A model generated the notes under the pieces. That model was not told where the DNA came from and did not search any database. It saw nothing but the letters and a program-made list of their open reading frames with translations. From a virus, in the IMG/VR virus record IMGVR_UViG_3300028284_000001: a stretch of DNA of 64,000 nt. One strand, 5' to 3'. Position numbers and translations under genes: made by a program. Below, in pieces: positions 39,789-50,475 of the stretch (position 1 is the first letter of the stretch; each line of letters starts with the position of its first letter).

Positions 39789-41692
39789 AATACAATAGGT
39801 ACAAAACCAACCATAGGCACTGGACCTACAGGAGTTGGAATACCACCAAGATATAATAGTTTAAATTCAAGTAGATGCAGGGCATAAGTTCCTGCAACTG
39901 CAGTTGCGGTTGCATTTGATGCTGGAGCCTGAGTTCCAGGTGTTGCAAAAGATTTACCTGTATTCCAGGCTCTTCTTAAATTATTTGCTAAACGATTTGC
40001 ACTTCCATAATAAATTGGAATATAAATTCCTGTTAGTGGTGCTGGTATTAAAGCAGGGGGAGCAGATGGCATATTTTTAAATGGTTTAACAATACAAGCA
40101 TACCAATATGCTATTGTAACTCTTGCCATCATCATATAAGGATCTCCGCTAAATGATTTACCACCAGGAGTAGTTCCACTTGGATCCCATGGATGTGCAA
40201 CTTCAGTCATTGGTTCTTCACAGTTAGCAGCAGCCTTAATAGCACAAAGAGCTTTATGGAATTCAAATTTATATTGAGTACCTGCCTCATCACCATTCCA
40301 TGAACTACCATCCCAGCCTAAAGCTAAGAATGCATCACCTGGTTTTGATTTGCCCATAAAAGAACTATCATCACTTGCTCTTGCAGCTGCATTTAATTTA
40401 CCTTGAGGTGGAGTCTTTCTCCATTTATTTTTCCACTCTCCATTTTCGTATTTTGATTTTACCCAATTACTAGTCTTCTCATACTTAACATTATTTGAAC
40501 CTTTGCTAAATTGAACTTTAAGATTATTAGTAATATAAGGTTCTCCTCCAGTTCTTTTGTTTGGATAAAATGAAAAAGCAGCAACTACGTTAGATGTTAA
40601 AACCTTAGGCCTTTTACTTGGATTTTCCGGTGGAGTATGTTCAAAATCATAAGCCACTTGTATTTTATATGGATTTATAGGACAATAGTCAGGTGTAATA
40701 TCTTTTCCATCTGGGTCTAATAACGTAGGATATTCAATTTGTTCTGTTGCAACCCTTTTAATTCGCTTTTTAATAACAGAGTTACTACCAGTTCCAATGC
40801 CATCATTATCTAATTCTGGATGTGCAGCTAATATTGCATCACGTACATATTTAGAAACATTATCTGCTAATTTTTCATAATTATATCCCGCAGCAGCAAT
40901 TTCAGTTCTAGCCTTACTGTTTATATTAGGATATGGTAGACTATTATCAAGTACTCCTGTATTGCTTGTTGAATAATTTGATTTGCCTAAATGACATGCC
41001 CATACAAAATAATCCCATCTTCCATTTCCGTTACTCATATACTTATATCCCATTAAAATTCTAGTTGCAAAAATAACTTCTAATTCTTCTTGAGACTCTG
41101 TACCTATTAAGCACGGGAATTGATAAAACTTAAATCTATATAAATCATAGTTACTAGCATTTTCAGCTGATGTAAACTGATTAAAGGCTTTAGTATTTTC
41201 TGCTTCAATCTTAGCTAAAGCTTCAGCGTCTGGTTGTTTAATTTCAGGACAAAAATCAGCATAGGCAGGATGAGACTCTTTTCCCATCTCAATTAAATTA
41301 CCATCTTCATCATATTGATCTTGTAGAGGTATATCACCTTCTCGTAAAAGTCTTTCGAATGCAATACCATACCCTTCTTTTAAAAGTGCCTCAGCACCTC
41401 CGTTATTAGTATGAAGTTCTCCAACATGCGTTTGTGCCATACTCTTTACAGCATCTAAATAATGTTGAGCAACTTGTTTACCGAAATCATATCTACCTGA
41501 AAGTGGCGCAACGTTAAATGAATTAACATAATCAGCTTGATTAGATTTTAAAATAGCATTTTTAGGATTACCTACAACAGACTCTTGTACTGGAAGATCA
41601 TAAGAAATTCCGGCACCTCCTGGTTTAGTAAATTGCTGGCTCTGTAGCGTATTCGCTAATGCTGGAATAAATGTAGCCCAATTTGCTGGCAT
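39785..41692 (-). CDS. Hypothetical protein following the baseplate spike gene
   Basis: 635 aa, Pro-rich C-terminus, 2 bp from the gp5-like gene. Confidence 0.55.
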   Translation of the reverse strand: MPANWATFIPALANTLQSQQFTKPGGAGISYDLPVQESVVGNPKNAILKSNQADYVNSFNVAPLSGRYDFGKQVAQHYLDAVKSMAQTHVGELHTNNGGAEALLKEGYGIAFERLLREGDIPLQDQYDEDGNLIEMGKESHPAYADFCPEIKQPDAEALAKIEAENTKAFNQFTSAENASNYDLYRFKFYQFPCLIGTESQEELEVIFATRILMGYKYMSNGNGRWDYFVWACHLGKSNYSTSNTGVLDNSLPYPNINSKARTEIAAAGYNYEKLADNVSKYVRDAILAAHPELDNDGIGTGSNSVIKKRIKRVATEQIEYPTLLDPDGKDITPDYCPINPYKIQVAYDFEHTPPENPSKRPKVLTSNVVAAFSFYPNKRTGGEPYITNNLKVQFSKGSNNVKYEKTSNWVKSKYENGEWKNKWRKTPPQGKLNAAARASDDSSFMGKSKPGDAFLALGWDGSSWNGDEAGTQYKFEFHKALCAIKAAANCEEPMTEVAHPWDPSGTTPGGKSFSGDPYMMMARVTIAYWYACIVKPFKNMPSAPPALIPAPLTGIYIPIYYGSANRLANNLRRAWNTGKSFATPGTQAPASNATATAVAGTYALHLLEFKLLYLGGIPTPVGPVPMVGFVPIVF

Positions 41693-41694
41693 AA

Positions 41695-42414
41695 TTACTT
41701 ATTCTTTTGTTGATAGTTAATATGAGTACTAGATAGTTTTGCTACCGTTACTGGAGTAGGCGGCATCGGTGGACCTGATGGCCCAACTCCTGTTGGATGT
41801 ATATGTGCATTGTAATCATCTAATAAAGCCTGTAACCAATCTTGTAAAGATTGACCCCTCACTGCTGGCTCAGTTTCATCTGCTCCACCTTCTCCAGTAT
41901 TAGATACAAATATATCACCGCAATCCATAAAGATCTTTGCATCCGTAGATATCTTAATAAAACCCTCTTCATCTATTTGAATCATAGGTCTTTCTTTTGC
42001 GCCCTCGCCTCTTGTAATAACTAAACCATCTTCTGGTGAGTGGTATATTCTTAAATTACGTTCCGCGTCATATACTAATGAGATAACATCATGGGGTGCT
42101 CCAGACTTTTCAAGGATATCTCCTTTAAGTTCTACGTTCTGATCTATTTGAAACCAGTATTCAGGATGGTAGATGTTTCCATTGTCAAATCTAACTGCGA
42201 CAATATCACCTACTCTTGGTACGATATGCATACCAGGTGCTTCTCTATTCTGTGGAGTTGCCCATGGAATAGCATCATCAGGTAACTTATCAAATTTACC
42301 ATATACCTTTACTCGTGCTCTACCTTGAAGTAGTGGATCTTCTATATCGACGACCTCTCCTAACCAATGTGCATCTCGTAAATTATCTCTAAATAGTTCA
42401 TCGTTATTATTCAT
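41695..42414 (-). CDS. gp5: Baseplate central spike (gp5/gpV-like), no lysozyme domain
   Basis: OB-fold GEVVDIEDPLLQGRARVKVYG..WA..VP.VGD.V.V.F; HIH metal-binding apex followed by PTGVGPSGPP. Confidence 0.8.
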   Translation of the reverse strand: MNNNDELFRDNLRDAHWLGEVVDIEDPLLQGRARVKVYGKFDKLPDDAIPWATPQNREAPGMHIVPRVGDIVAVRFDNGNIYHPEYWFQIDQNVELKGDILEKSGAPHDVISLVYDAERNLRIYHSPEDGLVITRGEGAKERPMIQIDEEGFIKISTDAKIFMDCGDIFVSNTGEGGADETEPAVRGQSLQDWLQALLDDYNAHIHPTGVGPSGPPMPPTPVTVAKLSSTHINYQQKNK

Positions 42415-43780
42415 ATACGTTGTCGTTTAAATTACCATCAGGTGTTGAATCAACACCCCTCTCATGTATTCTATAGTTCAACTGTCCATCCGGTGAAGAA
42501 TCAACTCCAGCAGGGTGTATATTCTCTTGGATGCCAGTACCACCTCCTGTATTACCAAATAGGCTTCCTAATTGATTTGCAATTCCATTAATAGATCCTG
42601 CCGCGATGGCGTCTAATAAACTACCTCCACTAATACCATGTACATTACCTAAAAGTAATTTACTTAATATCGCATCTTCAGCTTTATCTAAGATACCTGC
42701 TGCTATTCCACCCGGCTTACCGTATACATTACCTATATCAGAATTATTCTGCAGAGTTAATGAATCTTTAGCGTTATTAAGTCTATTTGTAACTCCAGCA
42801 GCTGCATCTTTAATTGTATCGGTAACTTTACCTAATGTTCTGTCTTTAAGTACAGATTTAAAAGTAGGATCTCCAGGTAATGAGAAGTCACCTCGACCAG
42901 CACCGTCACCTGAAGAAATAGTTCTTCTAGCATTACTAGGATCAAACGGATTTCTATCTTGGTCCGAAGTATCGATTTCTTTAAATGGTGAATTGTCCTC
43001 TTCAATCACTAGGTTATTACCTAATTTTTGACTAAGCTGATGAACTGATCCCCATTTAATAGCGATCTTAGGTTTTTTCATTTCTGGATTCTTAGTTAAA
43101 TCTGCAAACATTGGAGCAATAGAATCTATATCAAATTCACAATGTGAGAATTCTAATTGTATAAATGGTTTTGCAGCTAAAGAAAAATCTTGATTGATTT
43201 GTTTTATAGCACCTCCATTACCAGAATTACCAGCATTATCTGGATTATCATAAAATCCTAAATTAGCTGCATCTGTATCTTGTTGGAATTTTCTTACTTC
43301 AGAAACAAAAACGTACATTTTAAAATGTCTTAAGTTATGTGGAATAACTTCTACCCATCTTTGGAAATCATAACAAGCTCTCTTGTATAAGTCCATTAAG
43401 CCGATTGCTGTTAATTCAACATTCTCCTCTAAACATTCGATTTCAAGCTTAGGTTTTTCAGCACCCCACCAAGGCTCTTGCATTTCATTAAAAGTCATGG
43501 CTGTATCAATTCCAGCTAAAGATTGCCAAAACCAAGGCATTTCCCTATTAATCTTCATTAATACTTTTTGAAAGTTTTCTAGATGCTTGGCATACTTATT
43601 ACCTTCATCTGCTCGTAGCACTTTAGTTAAGTAATCTTTTGCAGCACCAGACAATAGGGGTGACCCTTCTCTATCCGATGTCTCGAACGCTAGAAAAAAG
43701 CTTAAGTATGTTGGATCTTCATGTAACTTACGAAGTATCGAACCTTTTCTAAAATCTTGTTGTTTACCAAAATCTGCCAT
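42407..43780 (-). CDS. Putative tail tube initiator/baseplate protein
   Basis: Position between hub and spike genes; late motif 43784-43792. Confidence 0.4.
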   Translation of the reverse strand: MADFGKQQDFRKGSILRKLHEDPTYLSFFLAFETSDREGSPLLSGAAKDYLTKVLRADEGNKYAKHLENFQKVLMKINREMPWFWQSLAGIDTAMTFNEMQEPWWGAEKPKLEIECLEENVELTAIGLMDLYKRACYDFQRWVEVIPHNLRHFKMYVFVSEVRKFQQDTDAANLGFYDNPDNAGNSGNGGAIKQINQDFSLAAKPFIQLEFSHCEFDIDSIAPMFADLTKNPEMKKPKIAIKWGSVHQLSQKLGNNLVIEEDNSPFKEIDTSDQDRNPFDPSNARRTISSGDGAGRGDFSLPGDPTFKSVLKDRTLGKVTDTIKDAAAGVTNRLNNAKDSLTLQNNSDIGNVYGKPGGIAAGILDKAEDAILSKLLLGNVHGISGGSLLDAIAAGSINGIANQLGSLFGNTGGGTGIQENIHPAGVDSSPDGQLNYRIHERGVDSTPDGNLNDNVYE

Positions 43781-43803
43781 GTATTATTTATCTTCCTTTT
43801 TTA

Positions 43804-45312
43804 TTACGCTTCTAAATTCTTAATTCTAGTAGGCCATTCTCTTCTAATCAGAGTTACTTTTTGTCTTAAACCGCCATCTGGTTCTGTAATTACATAATTA
43901 ATATTTTCAATAATATAATGACCACTTAAAAATTTATCCATTACTTGAGTTGCATCCGCAGCATCTTCACCCTTTCCAGCCTTAAATGGTTTATCCTTAA
44001 ACCCAGCTTCATCTCTTTTAAAATCACCTATTTTAGATGCTTCTGCTCTTGCACCATCATAATGATACATTACTACTGGAATCTTCTGGTACTTGTAAAT
44101 AGCAGGATTAAAAGACGATAGAGTCAATACAACTTTCATCTTATTAATTTCCATTTTATTTTGTACATTATGTAGTTTTGAAAAAGCAGCATTAGGATGT
44201 GTATTACCTAAGCCATCTTCACCTGCATTTTGCCTACCCATATACTTATGTTTTATTTGAGTCTCGTGGCGGTTATCTTTTTCATTACCCTTTAACGGAG
44301 CTTCAATATCCGGTAAATTTTCAGTTACTAATGGTTCAACTTTAAACTCTTGTAATCTATCTCCAGGTTCTGAATTATTGTCATAGATCTGGATGTTTCT
44401 AGCATAGCCAGCCTCAAGACTTATAGTAGATGAGTTGTTTATCAATTCATGTTCATCGATGTAACAGGATAGCCCATTCGTATCCTTATGGTTAGTCAGC
44501 ATTAAAGGTACTTCAATATTATCTGCTTTATTATCTCCACCTTCTTCAGCATCATGGTTTTCTGAAACAGAAGCTGCAAAAGATGCTAGCACCGCCATAA
44601 CCTCATCTAGGTTTTGATTTGGCGCATTAAATATTTTATTAATATCTACAAAAGTTAAGTAGTAATATTGATCTATATAATATGTAGTAAATGCATCATC
44701 TGAAATATAAGAATCTTCTACGATACTCTTTATGAAATCATCATAAGTAACATAGGCTTGCATTCTTGATTGCTTATCATCTGTTGTGTCAACGTTTGTA
44801 ACTAATCCTAGTTCTAAATCTCTTGCCACTAATTCTAAATGGTTTAATGAACTATCAGCATCTAGTAATTGACAATCTTCAGCAAACATTCTTGGTATTT
44901 TCGCAACACCTTCCATCATAATAACTGGAGGAGCTCCCATAATTTCAGGAGTAGTCTCTATTGTAACAATATCAAAATCGATATGTATAGACTTAAATGT
45001 TTCTTGATGTTTAGAGTTAAGTAATATTGTAAAGAAGTCACCGTCTCTAGGATATGAATCAACAGCAAATGTATTCTTATTATCTAGAAGAGTAATTGTA
45101 CAATTAGGTATAATTCCACTACAATCTAATTCAAAGCTCTGTATATCTGCAGGGCCAAATTGATATGAGTTAACTAGAACAAAAGGTTTTAGCGAACCAA
45201 TTACTTTGGTCTGCTTATTACCACCACCATCTTCACCTAAGTTATCAATCTTAATTTCTGTAGGTAATATTGCCGGTTCAACAACCGCTAATAAATGATT
45301 ATCTAACTTCAT
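43804..45312 (-). CDS. Putative baseplate hub protein (gp27-like)
   Basis: C-terminal FLSGHYIIENINY...QKVTLIR, typical of hub proteins. Confidence 0.55.
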   Translation of the reverse strand: MKLDNHLLAVVEPAILPTEIKIDNLGEDGGGNKQTKVIGSLKPFVLVNSYQFGPADIQSFELDCSGIIPNCTITLLDNKNTFAVDSYPRDGDFFTILLNSKHQETFKSIHIDFDIVTIETTPEIMGAPPVIMMEGVAKIPRMFAEDCQLLDADSSLNHLELVARDLELGLVTNVDTTDDKQSRMQAYVTYDDFIKSIVEDSYISDDAFTTYYIDQYYYLTFVDINKIFNAPNQNLDEVMAVLASFAASVSENHDAEEGGDNKADNIEVPLMLTNHKDTNGLSCYIDEHELINNSSTISLEAGYARNIQIYDNNSEPGDRLQEFKVEPLVTENLPDIEAPLKGNEKDNRHETQIKHKYMGRQNAGEDGLGNTHPNAAFSKLHNVQNKMEINKMKVVLTLSSFNPAIYKYQKIPVVMYHYDGARAEASKIGDFKRDEAGFKDKPFKAGKGEDAADATQVMDKFLSGHYIIENINYVITEPDGGLRQKVTLIRREWPTRIKNLEA

Positions 45313-45322
45313 GTTTTAAGTA

Positions 45323-46126
45323 TTAATTACAGGGTGCTCCGTCGTTAGCAATATCGTTACTATTACCAGTACCTCCGGGTGACGTTCCATCTCCAGCTGC
45401 ACCACCAGTTGGATCTGCACTTCCAGCACCTTTGCCTGCGTTTGATGTTTGACCACCACCCTTACCGGCTTTATCTGCTAAATTTTTATCTAATTGACTC
45501 TCGGTCAAACTGTCACCTGTATCGGCGGATGTATTCGTATCTTCAAATAATTCTAAAGCATCTTCTAACTGATCAATTCTATTTTCTATCACTTCTCTAG
45601 TAAGATCTGATAATATAGATTCAGTAACCGCATCATTCTGAGCTTGAGCTCCTAATATTACAGTACCATCAGGTTTAAATGCATAATTCTTTTTACCAAC
45701 TGCAATTACGTTAGGTGGCAATAGAGTTTCTTTGTTATATTTCTTTTTAAGAGCTTCTAATCTATTCTTATCCTTTTGACTCAGTCTTTTACCTTGTACA
45801 AATTGATTCTTAATAGAATTCTCTTCGGATATGCTAGGTCGATCTAATCTATAAAATGGCACACCATCATCTGGAATTTCTAAAGTCTCTCCAGGTCTTA
45901 ATGAGAACGGATCTGAAATACCATTCCATTTTAGAATAACATCAGTCATACTATCGCTATTATAGTATTCTAAAGAAATTAAGTCAGGTCTCCCTACCTC
46001 ATCATCTCGTACAACGTGGTATGCGATAATGTTAACGTTTTGTTTTCGTTTAAACATCATCGTTGGTTGGGCTAAGACATACTTAATCCCATCAATTGCT
46101 TTATATAGTAAACTTTTAAATTCCAT
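45323..46126 (-). CDS. Baseplate wedge gp53/LysM-like protein
   Basis: RPDLISLEYY...VILKWNGISDPFSL.PGETLEIP. Confidence 0.7.
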   Translation of the reverse strand: MEFKSLLYKAIDGIKYVLAQPTMMFKRKQNVNIIAYHVVRDDEVGRPDLISLEYYNSDSMTDVILKWNGISDPFSLRPGETLEIPDDGVPFYRLDRPSISEENSIKNQFVQGKRLSQKDKNRLEALKKKYNKETLLPPNVIAVGKKNYAFKPDGTVILGAQAQNDAVTESILSDLTREVIENRIDQLEDALELFEDTNTSADTGDSLTESQLDKNLADKAGKGGGQTSNAGKGAGSADPTGGAAGDGTSPGGTGNSNDIANDGAPCN

Positions 46127-47877
46127 TATCCGTGTCCAAAATTTGATAGTTTAGTTGCAAGTCCTGCAGTAATATTCTTTCTATCTTTATTACCATAAGC
46201 ACTTACATCAACAATTTTATCTAAATCAACTGCTCCTTCAACTTCTGGTTGTAAATACATTCTACCTCTACCAGCGTTAAACATGCTTTCAATTTCACCC
46301 TTATCTCTAGGTCTTGCAGGTTTTAAACTACATACTAGTTTCATTTTACTTGGAAAGCCTTCATAACCTAAAGGGCCTTCAAATTCTACAGAAGAATTTT
46401 GTAAAGCTAAATTACCACAAACCATCATCGGGTTCATAGGATTACCTACAGTCATGTGCCATTGTCCAGTTGGATCTCCAGTTAAGAATGCTGCAATTAC
46501 TTGACCACCTTGAGGACCATTCATTAATTTCATTAGTCCACCACCGATAATGTTATCCATAATCTTAGAGTCACCTAATGCATTAATACCTTTACCACTT
46601 AAAAGACCACTTGCCGCTTTTCCTATATCATCGAACGCAGCACCCATTGAAGATTTCAATTGAGTAGTTAAACTAGTCATAAACCCAGCGTAATCTCCAT
46701 TCTTTAATTTTTCAGCATCACCGAAAGGCGCTCCAACTGAGCCACTTCCAGTATATCTAGTAGCACCACCCCAAAACGGAGCATTGTTATATGTTAATGC
46801 TAATATGTTTGATAACGTATCCATAAATGCAATCTTAGGCGATGTACCTAAGTAACCTCTTAAGTCATAATGGAATGTTAAGTTAAACTCACTATCGAAT
46901 TGTAAACCTTGTTCTCTTGATAAAACTTCTTTAATTACGTTTAAAGGTCCAAACACTTTATTTGGATATGTTTCTTTCATAGGATCAAAACCGCCACCTT
47001 TATCTCTAATTGTTGCAGCTTCACTTGCACTCTTACCACTAAGACCTGCTTCAACAGCACGACCTAATGAAGATGAATCCATCATCTCTCCAAGTTTACC
47101 CCTAGATTTAGCATTACCTTGTACTGTTTGAATTTCTGATTCCACCTTTTTCCATGGGAATGCAGTACCAAACTTTAAAATCTCTTTCATGTCATTACCT
47201 AAAGCAGGTGACATCCATGTCATTACTCTAGCCAAATCAGGTTGTGAAGAATCAAACTCCTTACCATTCTTATCTAAACCAGTAACATTCATAATATCAT
47301 CATTTACAGGATATGCAAATCTTCTTAATGTAATTAAGTACTCGTTAGAAATTTGACCATAATGTTCACATTGTATAAAGTCAGAAAATGAATAAGAATA
47401 ACCTGATCCACCATTCGCAGAAGCATACTCTACAATTCTTCTAGCAGTTGGGTTTAATATATTAGAATCATTTCCTTCTAATGTAGTTTTATTATATTTC
47501 TTATATGCATTCTTTCCCCTTACAGTTCCAGTTCCAGTATTCTTGTAATTATGTAGAGCCCACTTATTGTATAATGATTTTACACCTTTACCTTCACTTA
47601 CTTTATCAGGATTACCATCTTTAATCTTGTAAGTTCTAGAATCAACAGCATTAGTACCGTATTTAGAAGTAATTACACCGCCCTTACCGTCTGGTTGAAA
47701 GAATGTAGTACTACCCGGAGCTACTGCATCGTCCTCTCCCTCTTCTATTACAGAATTAATAACTGGTTCATCTACAATCTCCTGGTTCTTAACTACCTCC
47801 TCACCAGCTTCATTATCGTAATAAGTAAACTTAGTTGGAGGTCCAGGGGAAATGTTTAATAGTGTATACTTCGCCAT
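46126..47877 (-). CDS. Putative baseplate tail-tube cap (gp48-like)
   Basis: FNLTFHY and VGNPMNP..CGNL motifs; late motif at 47896-47904. Confidence 0.45.
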   Translation of the reverse strand: MAKYTLLNISPGPPTKFTYYDNEAGEEVVKNQEIVDEPVINSVIEEGEDDAVAPGSTTFFQPDGKGGVITSKYGTNAVDSRTYKIKDGNPDKVSEGKGVKSLYNKWALHNYKNTGTGTVRGKNAYKKYNKTTLEGNDSNILNPTARRIVEYASANGGSGYSYSFSDFIQCEHYGQISNEYLITLRRFAYPVNDDIMNVTGLDKNGKEFDSSQPDLARVMTWMSPALGNDMKEILKFGTAFPWKKVESEIQTVQGNAKSRGKLGEMMDSSSLGRAVEAGLSGKSASEAATIRDKGGGFDPMKETYPNKVFGPLNVIKEVLSREQGLQFDSEFNLTFHYDLRGYLGTSPKIAFMDTLSNILALTYNNAPFWGGATRYTGSGSVGAPFGDAEKLKNGDYAGFMTSLTTQLKSSMGAAFDDIGKAASGLLSGKGINALGDSKIMDNIIGGGLMKLMNGPQGGQVIAAFLTGDPTGQWHMTVGNPMNPMMVCGNLALQNSSVEFEGPLGYEGFPSKMKLVCSLKPARPRDKGEIESMFNAGRGRMYLQPEVEGAVDLDKIVDVSAYGNKDRKNITAGLATKLSNFGHG

Positions 47878-47928
47878 GTAAAGCTTTTATTTTTAATATA
47901 TATCTGTGCAATATATTACACTGATATA

Positions 47929-48525
47929 TTAGACCCACTCACCGCGGTCCATTTCATCATGGTTTGGTCTATATAAGATCGTGTCGACCCAACCATCTTC
48001 CTTAGGATATCTATCTCCTAAAAACTTTTCAAGTGCTTTAACGAACTCTCCTTTTGTATGAAATTCATAATCGCCCTTATATGCGGATCTATTTGTTAGA
48101 TTAAATAGATCTCTAATACAAGTTTCAACTTGGAATGCTTGTATCTTATTAAATAGAGAATCTTGTTCAGCTTTGGTCTTGACGCAGAATACAGAATCTA
48201 CGCAAATCAAATACTGTTCCCATTTATCACCATTAAAAACCTTATCTTCAAGTTCTTTAACAGTATTATACTCTTGTCTCTTCAGGTTAATCTTAGTATC
48301 TTTACCTTCAAACCCTCTAATAAATCTACCACCAAATAGGTTTCTCTTTAGAAAACTAATCTGGTCATAGAACTTCTTAATCTTAATTTGATATTGTGGA
48401 TTGACATCGTCGAATTTAACGTCGTATATCATAGCCCTTACGGGAATCAATACATTAGGAGCTTGAGTTGTAGAGATTAAAGCTTGAATCAATTCACCTT
48501 TAGTAAATATCTTGTGTTTAATCAT
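47929..48525 (-). CDS. Hypothetical protein
   Basis: 198 aa ORF in a coupled operon. Confidence 0.7.
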   Translation of the reverse strand: MIKHKIFTKGELIQALISTTQAPNVLIPVRAMIYDVKFDDVNPQYQIKIKKFYDQISFLKRNLFGGRFIRGFEGKDTKINLKRQEYNTVKELEDKVFNGDKWEQYLICVDSVFCVKTKAEQDSLFNKIQAFQVETCIRDLFNLTNRSAYKGDYEFHTKGEFVKALEKFLGDRYPKEDGWVDTILYRPNHDEMDRGEWV

Positions 48526-48925
48526 GGTCTATGAATCTTACATTATCAAATTTACTTAGGACACCCCTTTTAGGGTAATCACATCGGTTAATGATAATCA
48601 GATCCAAATCGACTGGTTCTTCTAATAAGTCATTTACAAATTCTTTTAAGCCTAAGACTGAACCATTATCTAAGGTTTTGAACATGTATAAAATTTTGGC
48701 TTGATTTTTTTCGTTTTCTGATGAATCATTAATCAAACGCTGCATAAGCTTTCTAATGTAGAGTGACACAATAATATCTGATGGTTCTTTACCATAAGGA
48801 TCAGATTTAATCAGCCTATTGAATATATCAAAATAGGACACGATCAAATCGTAATCTCCTGACTTAGCTAATCTTTCAAACTCAGTCCTGGTTTTGCACC
48901 ATACTCCCTCTACGTGTAGTTTCAT
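48518..48925 (-). CDS. Hypothetical protein
   Basis: Coupled ORF. Confidence 0.7.
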   Translation of the reverse strand: MKLHVEGVWCKTRTEFERLAKSGDYDLIVSYFDIFNRLIKSDPYGKEPSDIIVSLYIRKLMQRLINDSSENEKNQAKILYMFKTLDNGSVLGLKEFVNDLLEEPVDLDLIIINRCDYPKRGVLSKFDNVRFIDHD

Positions 48926-49245
48926 TTATCTAATAAACAAGTTAGCCCTTTTAATTCTTTTTGGAGTTGACTAACTCTTGCTTTAATTTCAGTTTCTGTA
49001 GGAGTATATCCTTTACCCCATTGAATACCAACCTCCAATTTATCACGGTCCATGTCAGTTCCCGTACTTAAACCTAGATCTAATATTAGATCATTTAAAA
49101 ATTTAACCTGTTGTTGCCTACCTAAATAACCATCGAAGTCATAAACGTATCTAGATGTGAATTCTTCACCTCCACCGTTTACATTATCATCGATTAAAAA
49201 TTTAACTAGCCCGTTATCAGCAGGTTCTATTTGAATACTAACCAT
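48922..49245 (-). CDS. Hypothetical protein
   Basis: Coupled ORF (ATGA overlap). Confidence 0.7.
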   Translation of the reverse strand: MVSIQIEPADNGLVKFLIDDNVNGGGEEFTSRYVYDFDGYLGRQQQVKFLNDLILDLGLSTGTDMDRDKLEVGIQWGKGYTPTETEIKARVSQLQKELKGLTCLLDK

Positions 49246-49255
49246 GTTTCGTTTC

Positions 49256-49714
49256 TTATTTTCTAGAGCGAAGTGATTGAGCCACTTCTCTTTGTAATTT
49301 CTTAATAGTTTGCTTGTCCTCTTTACGAGTCTCTTTATCTTTAATAACTGACATAGACCAAGCTTCTTCTAATTTATCTATCTCACTCTTATTGTAGCCA
49401 ATAGATGTCCATGTAGTTTTCATAGATTCTAATTTAGATTCAAGTATTGCTGCATTGGTTTTTTCTAATGCATCTAAATTTTGTTGATGTATCTTTTTAC
49501 CATTTTCAATATTTTGAGCACGGAAGCCACTTCTAACTTCACCTAAGAAATTCAAGCCACTTAAGTATTTTAATACACCTTGTTGTTTTAACATGTAACG
49601 TCTTTGACGTCTGTTCATTTTAGTAGGTGATGTCTGGGGCAGCGTTACCGCTTGTTCGATCGCTTTTTGTTGTTCCTCTGTTAGTTGAACTTCCTTTTCT
49701 GTTTGAGTTGCCAT
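49256..49714 (-). CDS. Hypothetical basic helical protein (MNRRQRR motif)
   Basis: 152 aa; overlaps the upstream ORF by 95 bp. Confidence 0.65.
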   Translation of the reverse strand: MATQTEKEVQLTEEQQKAIEQAVTLPQTSPTKMNRRQRRYMLKQQGVLKYLSGLNFLGEVRSGFRAQNIENGKKIHQQNLDALEKTNAAILESKLESMKTTWTSIGYNKSEIDKLEEAWSMSVIKDKETRKEDKQTIKKLQREVAQSLRSRK

Positions 49715-50234
49715 TGTAATAGTTTTTAATGAATTCTTCAGCCTGTGGCTTTAATTGTTCTTGTAGGTTATTTATCTGACTTAATACAAGCTCTAAAATT
49801 TGCTCATTTAAGTCTGCTTTTGTAATGTCCATTTGATCTTTAAATAAATCATAGACTTCTTTTGACGGAACGTTAAGGTCCATCGGCATTGTAATACTAT
49901 TTTTAGCGCTAAGCTTTTTTAGCATTTCTAGCATTACATTAATTTCAGCGGGTTGGTTTTCTACTACTGTGTTTTCAGCCACCTTAACTTTAGTATTGGA
50001 TTTAGGTGATGATACATCTGGTGTAAGAAACGGTTGTGCTAAATTAAAAGCGCTAGCTTCGTCTTTAGCTTCCATCAAAACCTCGCTAATCATCTTAGTA
50101 AAAACCTTGGTACCGTCTGTAAAGTATGTAAACTCTCCTTTGGTTTTATCAGTAGTTACAGTCTCTCCAGCACGTTCTGATTTAGTCCAAACATATACCT
50201 TAGGTTTAGCTTCTTCTTTTACTTCTGTTGACAT
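49620..50234 (-). CDS. Hypothetical protein (start revised to MSTEV)
   Basis: A-rich leader before ATG 50234 and a middle-type motif at 50296-50324. Confidence 0.65.
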   Translation of the reverse strand: MSTEVKEEAKPKVYVWTKSERAGETVTTDKTKGEFTYFTDGTKVFTKMISEVLMEAKDEASAFNLAQPFLTPDVSSPKSNTKVKVAENTVVENQPAEINVMLEMLKKLSAKNSITMPMDLNVPSKEVYDLFKDQMDITKADLNEQILELVLSQINNLQEQLKPQAEEFIKNYYNGNSNRKGSSTNRGTTKSDRTSGNAAPDITY

Positions 50235-50241
50235 ATTTTTA

Positions 50242-50472
50242 TTATTTGTTATTGATTTGATCAAAATCCATACTGATCTGACCAGTCTCTCTATAGTTAT
50301 ACTCACGATTTAGAAATTGTTTAATAAAGTCATGTGAATCAGGAGGTCCCATGATGGCGTCTGCCTTCCAAAACCTTCTTTTCCAGAAGTCAAAGAACTC
50401 CTCATTACCTTTTTCTTTTAATGATTCTTTTAAATAGTCTACATCCGGTAGCATTAGTTTGTTAAATCCCAT
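50242..50472 (-). CDS. Small hypothetical protein
   Basis: Fills the operon gap. Confidence 0.6.
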   Translation of the reverse strand: MGFNKLMLPDVDYLKESLKEKGNEEFFDFWKRRFWKADAIMGPPDSHDFIKQFLNREYNYRETGQISMDFDQINNK

Positions 50473-50475
50473 TGT

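Noticed and set aside
49620-49714. 95-bp same-strand overlap as a programmed frameshift
   Set aside because: Both ORFs have their own plausible start and stop; no clear slippery site with a stimulatory structure seen.
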